A stretch of 64,000 nucleotides of DNA. Origin: a virus. A program made the position numbers and the translations under genes. The notes beneath the pieces are model-generated. The model was not told the origin of the DNA. It saw only the letters and a program-made list of their open reading frames with translations, and searched no databases. Below, one piece after another: positions 63,826-64,000 of the stretch (the stretch's first letter is position 1; each line of letters begins with the position of its first letter). The stretch lies in IMG/VR virus record IMGVR_UViG_3300042387_001967; one strand, 5' to 3'.

Positions 63826-64000
63826 ATTGTCTAGGCAAGCAGGCTTTCAGCATGACGATGCACTCCGTTCGATCACCCTCGACGAACTTGCGTTCCATGC
63901 TCTGCGAGAATCGGATCACGTTTTCCTTTGTGCGGGAGTAAGGCATTCGCTCGTTCCAGCCGAGCATCGCGACGGGTTCTCCGTCACGGTAGAGCCACCA
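63812..64000 (-). CDS. Partial hypothetical protein (3' end only)
   Basis: Open frame WWLYRDGEP...QYARK* from the window edge. Confidence 0.35.
   Translation of the reverse strand, partial: WWLYRDGEPVAMLGWNERMPYSRTKENVIRFSQSMERKFVEGDRTECIVMLKACLPRQYARK

Noticed and set aside
1-64000. Stop-codon reassignment, tRNAs, introns/inteins, terminase and portal
   Set aside because: Genes tile the window under the standard code using TAA, TAG and TGA stops. No cloverleaf, intein or Walker-A terminase motif was recognised.

Overview
The window is the virion-morphogenesis arm of a large, GC-rich, contractile-tailed dsDNA phage, probably jumbo-sized. All credible genes but one lie on the minus strand. 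In transcription order (64 kb to 1) it carries: a lysis cassette (amidase endolysin, holin-like and spanin-like genes); four very large multi-domain 'polyvalent' proteins; a MarR-like regulator (the only + strand gene); the C-terminal half of a bacterial-type RNA polymerase beta' subunit; a block of head proteins; prohead protease, scaffold, decoration protein and major capsid protein; neck, sheath, tube, spike/hub, tail chaperones with a -1 slippery site, tape measure and baseplate hub genes; Cys/Ser-Gly-rich tail-tip proteins; a glycosyltransferase plus LpxA-like cluster; three CxxC proteins; a sigma factor; and baseplate wedge genes. The polyvalent proteins carry five HExxH zincin modules, two ADP-ribosyltransferase-like modules, an inorganic-pyrophosphatase-like module and a GT28-like glycosyltransferase. 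The strongest unexplained signal is a K-x-A-(A/S/G) motif. It sits at the N-termini and domain junctions of nearly all head-associated proteins and is often preceded by a shared TPFAxL leader. This suggests capsid-targeted effector polyproteins processed by the phage assemblin-fold protease. A second signal is a set of sigma70-like promoters (TTGnnn-17-TAnnnT) placed 6-7 nt before start codons, implying leaderless mRNAs; other genes have A/C-rich leaders with no Shine-Dalgarno. No terminase, portal, tRNA or CRISPR array was recognised. All family assignments come from reading motifs by eye, not from database searches.
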